From Sphagnum compactum (lineage: Eukaryota), in the NCBI GenBank assembly GCA_965153455.1, contig OZ234494.1, positions 10,168,001 through 10,232,000 on the forward strand: a stretch of 64,000 nt of DNA, written 5' to 3'. The translations under genes were made by a program, and so were the position numbers. Positions 63,376-64,000 of this stretch are shown one piece after another. How positions within the stretch are numbered: the first letter of the stretch is position 1; each line of letters starts with the position of its first letter. The notes below the pieces were generated by a model, which was given only the letters and a program-made list of their open reading frames with translations, had not been told where the DNA came from and searched no databases.

Positions 63376-63664
63376 CAGAAGAAGAAACAGCAACAGGAGG
63401 GGCAGCAACAGGCCGCAGCCTGGGAGTGCAAAGCAGTGTTCTGTTCTCCGATGCAACCTTCTTGTCAACAGCAAACTAATCTCGCTTTCTAAAGAGCTCC
63501 AAACCCTAACCCTAAACCAACAGAAGAAGAAACAGCAACAGGACGACCAGAAGCAGGCCTGCGGCCCAGTAGAGCAAAACAGTGATTTGTTCTCCAATGC
63601 AACATTCTTGTCAACAGCAATCTAATATCTCTTTCTAAGGAGCTCCAAACCCTAACCCTAAACC
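63376..63664. repeat. About 145-bp tandem duplication ending in telo-box pairs
   Basis: cagaagaagaaacagcaacagga...gagctccaaaccctaaccctaaacc at 63376-63518 and 63521-63664. Confidence 0.9.
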
Positions 63665-63804
63665 TCGCTGGGATGGGGACCGGGTGAGAGAAAAACAGGG
63701 AGAGAGAGCGAGCGACAGCGCGTCTCTTGTGTCTCGATCTAGTTCTGCATCTCTTCGAAGTCGCAGTTGTTGAGTCCTTGTTTTGGAGAAAGAGAGAGAG
63801 AGAG

Positions 63805-63975
63805 ATGGAGGGGGCGAAGGGAGGGAAGCAGTATGGATTACAGTTGCGCGTGAAAGCGCCCCCGAAGAAACCAGCGAGACCTGTCCCAGCGTTTTCCTTC
63901 GACGACGGTGCTGAGGAAGATACTGTGGAGGATGCCATCGCCCGTCAAGCCACGAAGAAACGATCTGTTCGTGAG
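63805..63975 (+). CDS. NSRP1: Nuclear speckle splicing regulatory protein 1 (NSRP1/CCDC55-like), exon 1; gene continues beyond the window
   Basis: MEGAKGGKQYGLQLRVKAPPKKPARPVPAFSFDDGAEEDTVEDAIARQATKKRSVRE followed by a GT donor at 63976; resembles the plant KKYGLQLR...F.DD.E..VE..I.RQA N-terminus. Confidence 0.8.
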
Positions 63976-64000
63976 GTATCTTGTTTTTTTTTCACAACGT

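Overview
Eukaryotic land-plant nuclear DNA with GT-AG spliced genes, telo-box promoters and AT-rich, TE-laden spacers; the style suggests a bryophyte such as a Sphagnum-like moss, but that is inference only. The left half is dominated by three retroelements. First, a young full-length Ty1/copia (1299-7429, minus strand) with 314-bp LTRs and a 5-bp TSD. Second, a decayed two-ORF RTEX-like LINE (about 14472-18868). Third, an unusual Ty3/gypsy-type element (22713-27629) whose integrase ends in a PHD finger and which has TG...CA ends and a 4-bp TSD but no visible direct-repeat LTRs and no gag/protease. The right half holds an EPFL4/5/6-type peptide gene, an RPP30 pseudogene head-to-head with a chloroplast RbgA/YlqF (DAR GTPase 3-like) gene, an almost intronless CDPK, a 13-exon monofunctional aspartate kinase, a SPATA20 first-exon remnant and exon 1 of an NSRP1-like gene. 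Just upstream of the aspartate kinase, a TIR-bounded element carries an inverted copy of that gene's own 5' end, creating a hairpin with arms of about 270 bp. Family assignments come from motif recognition and were not confirmed by database search.
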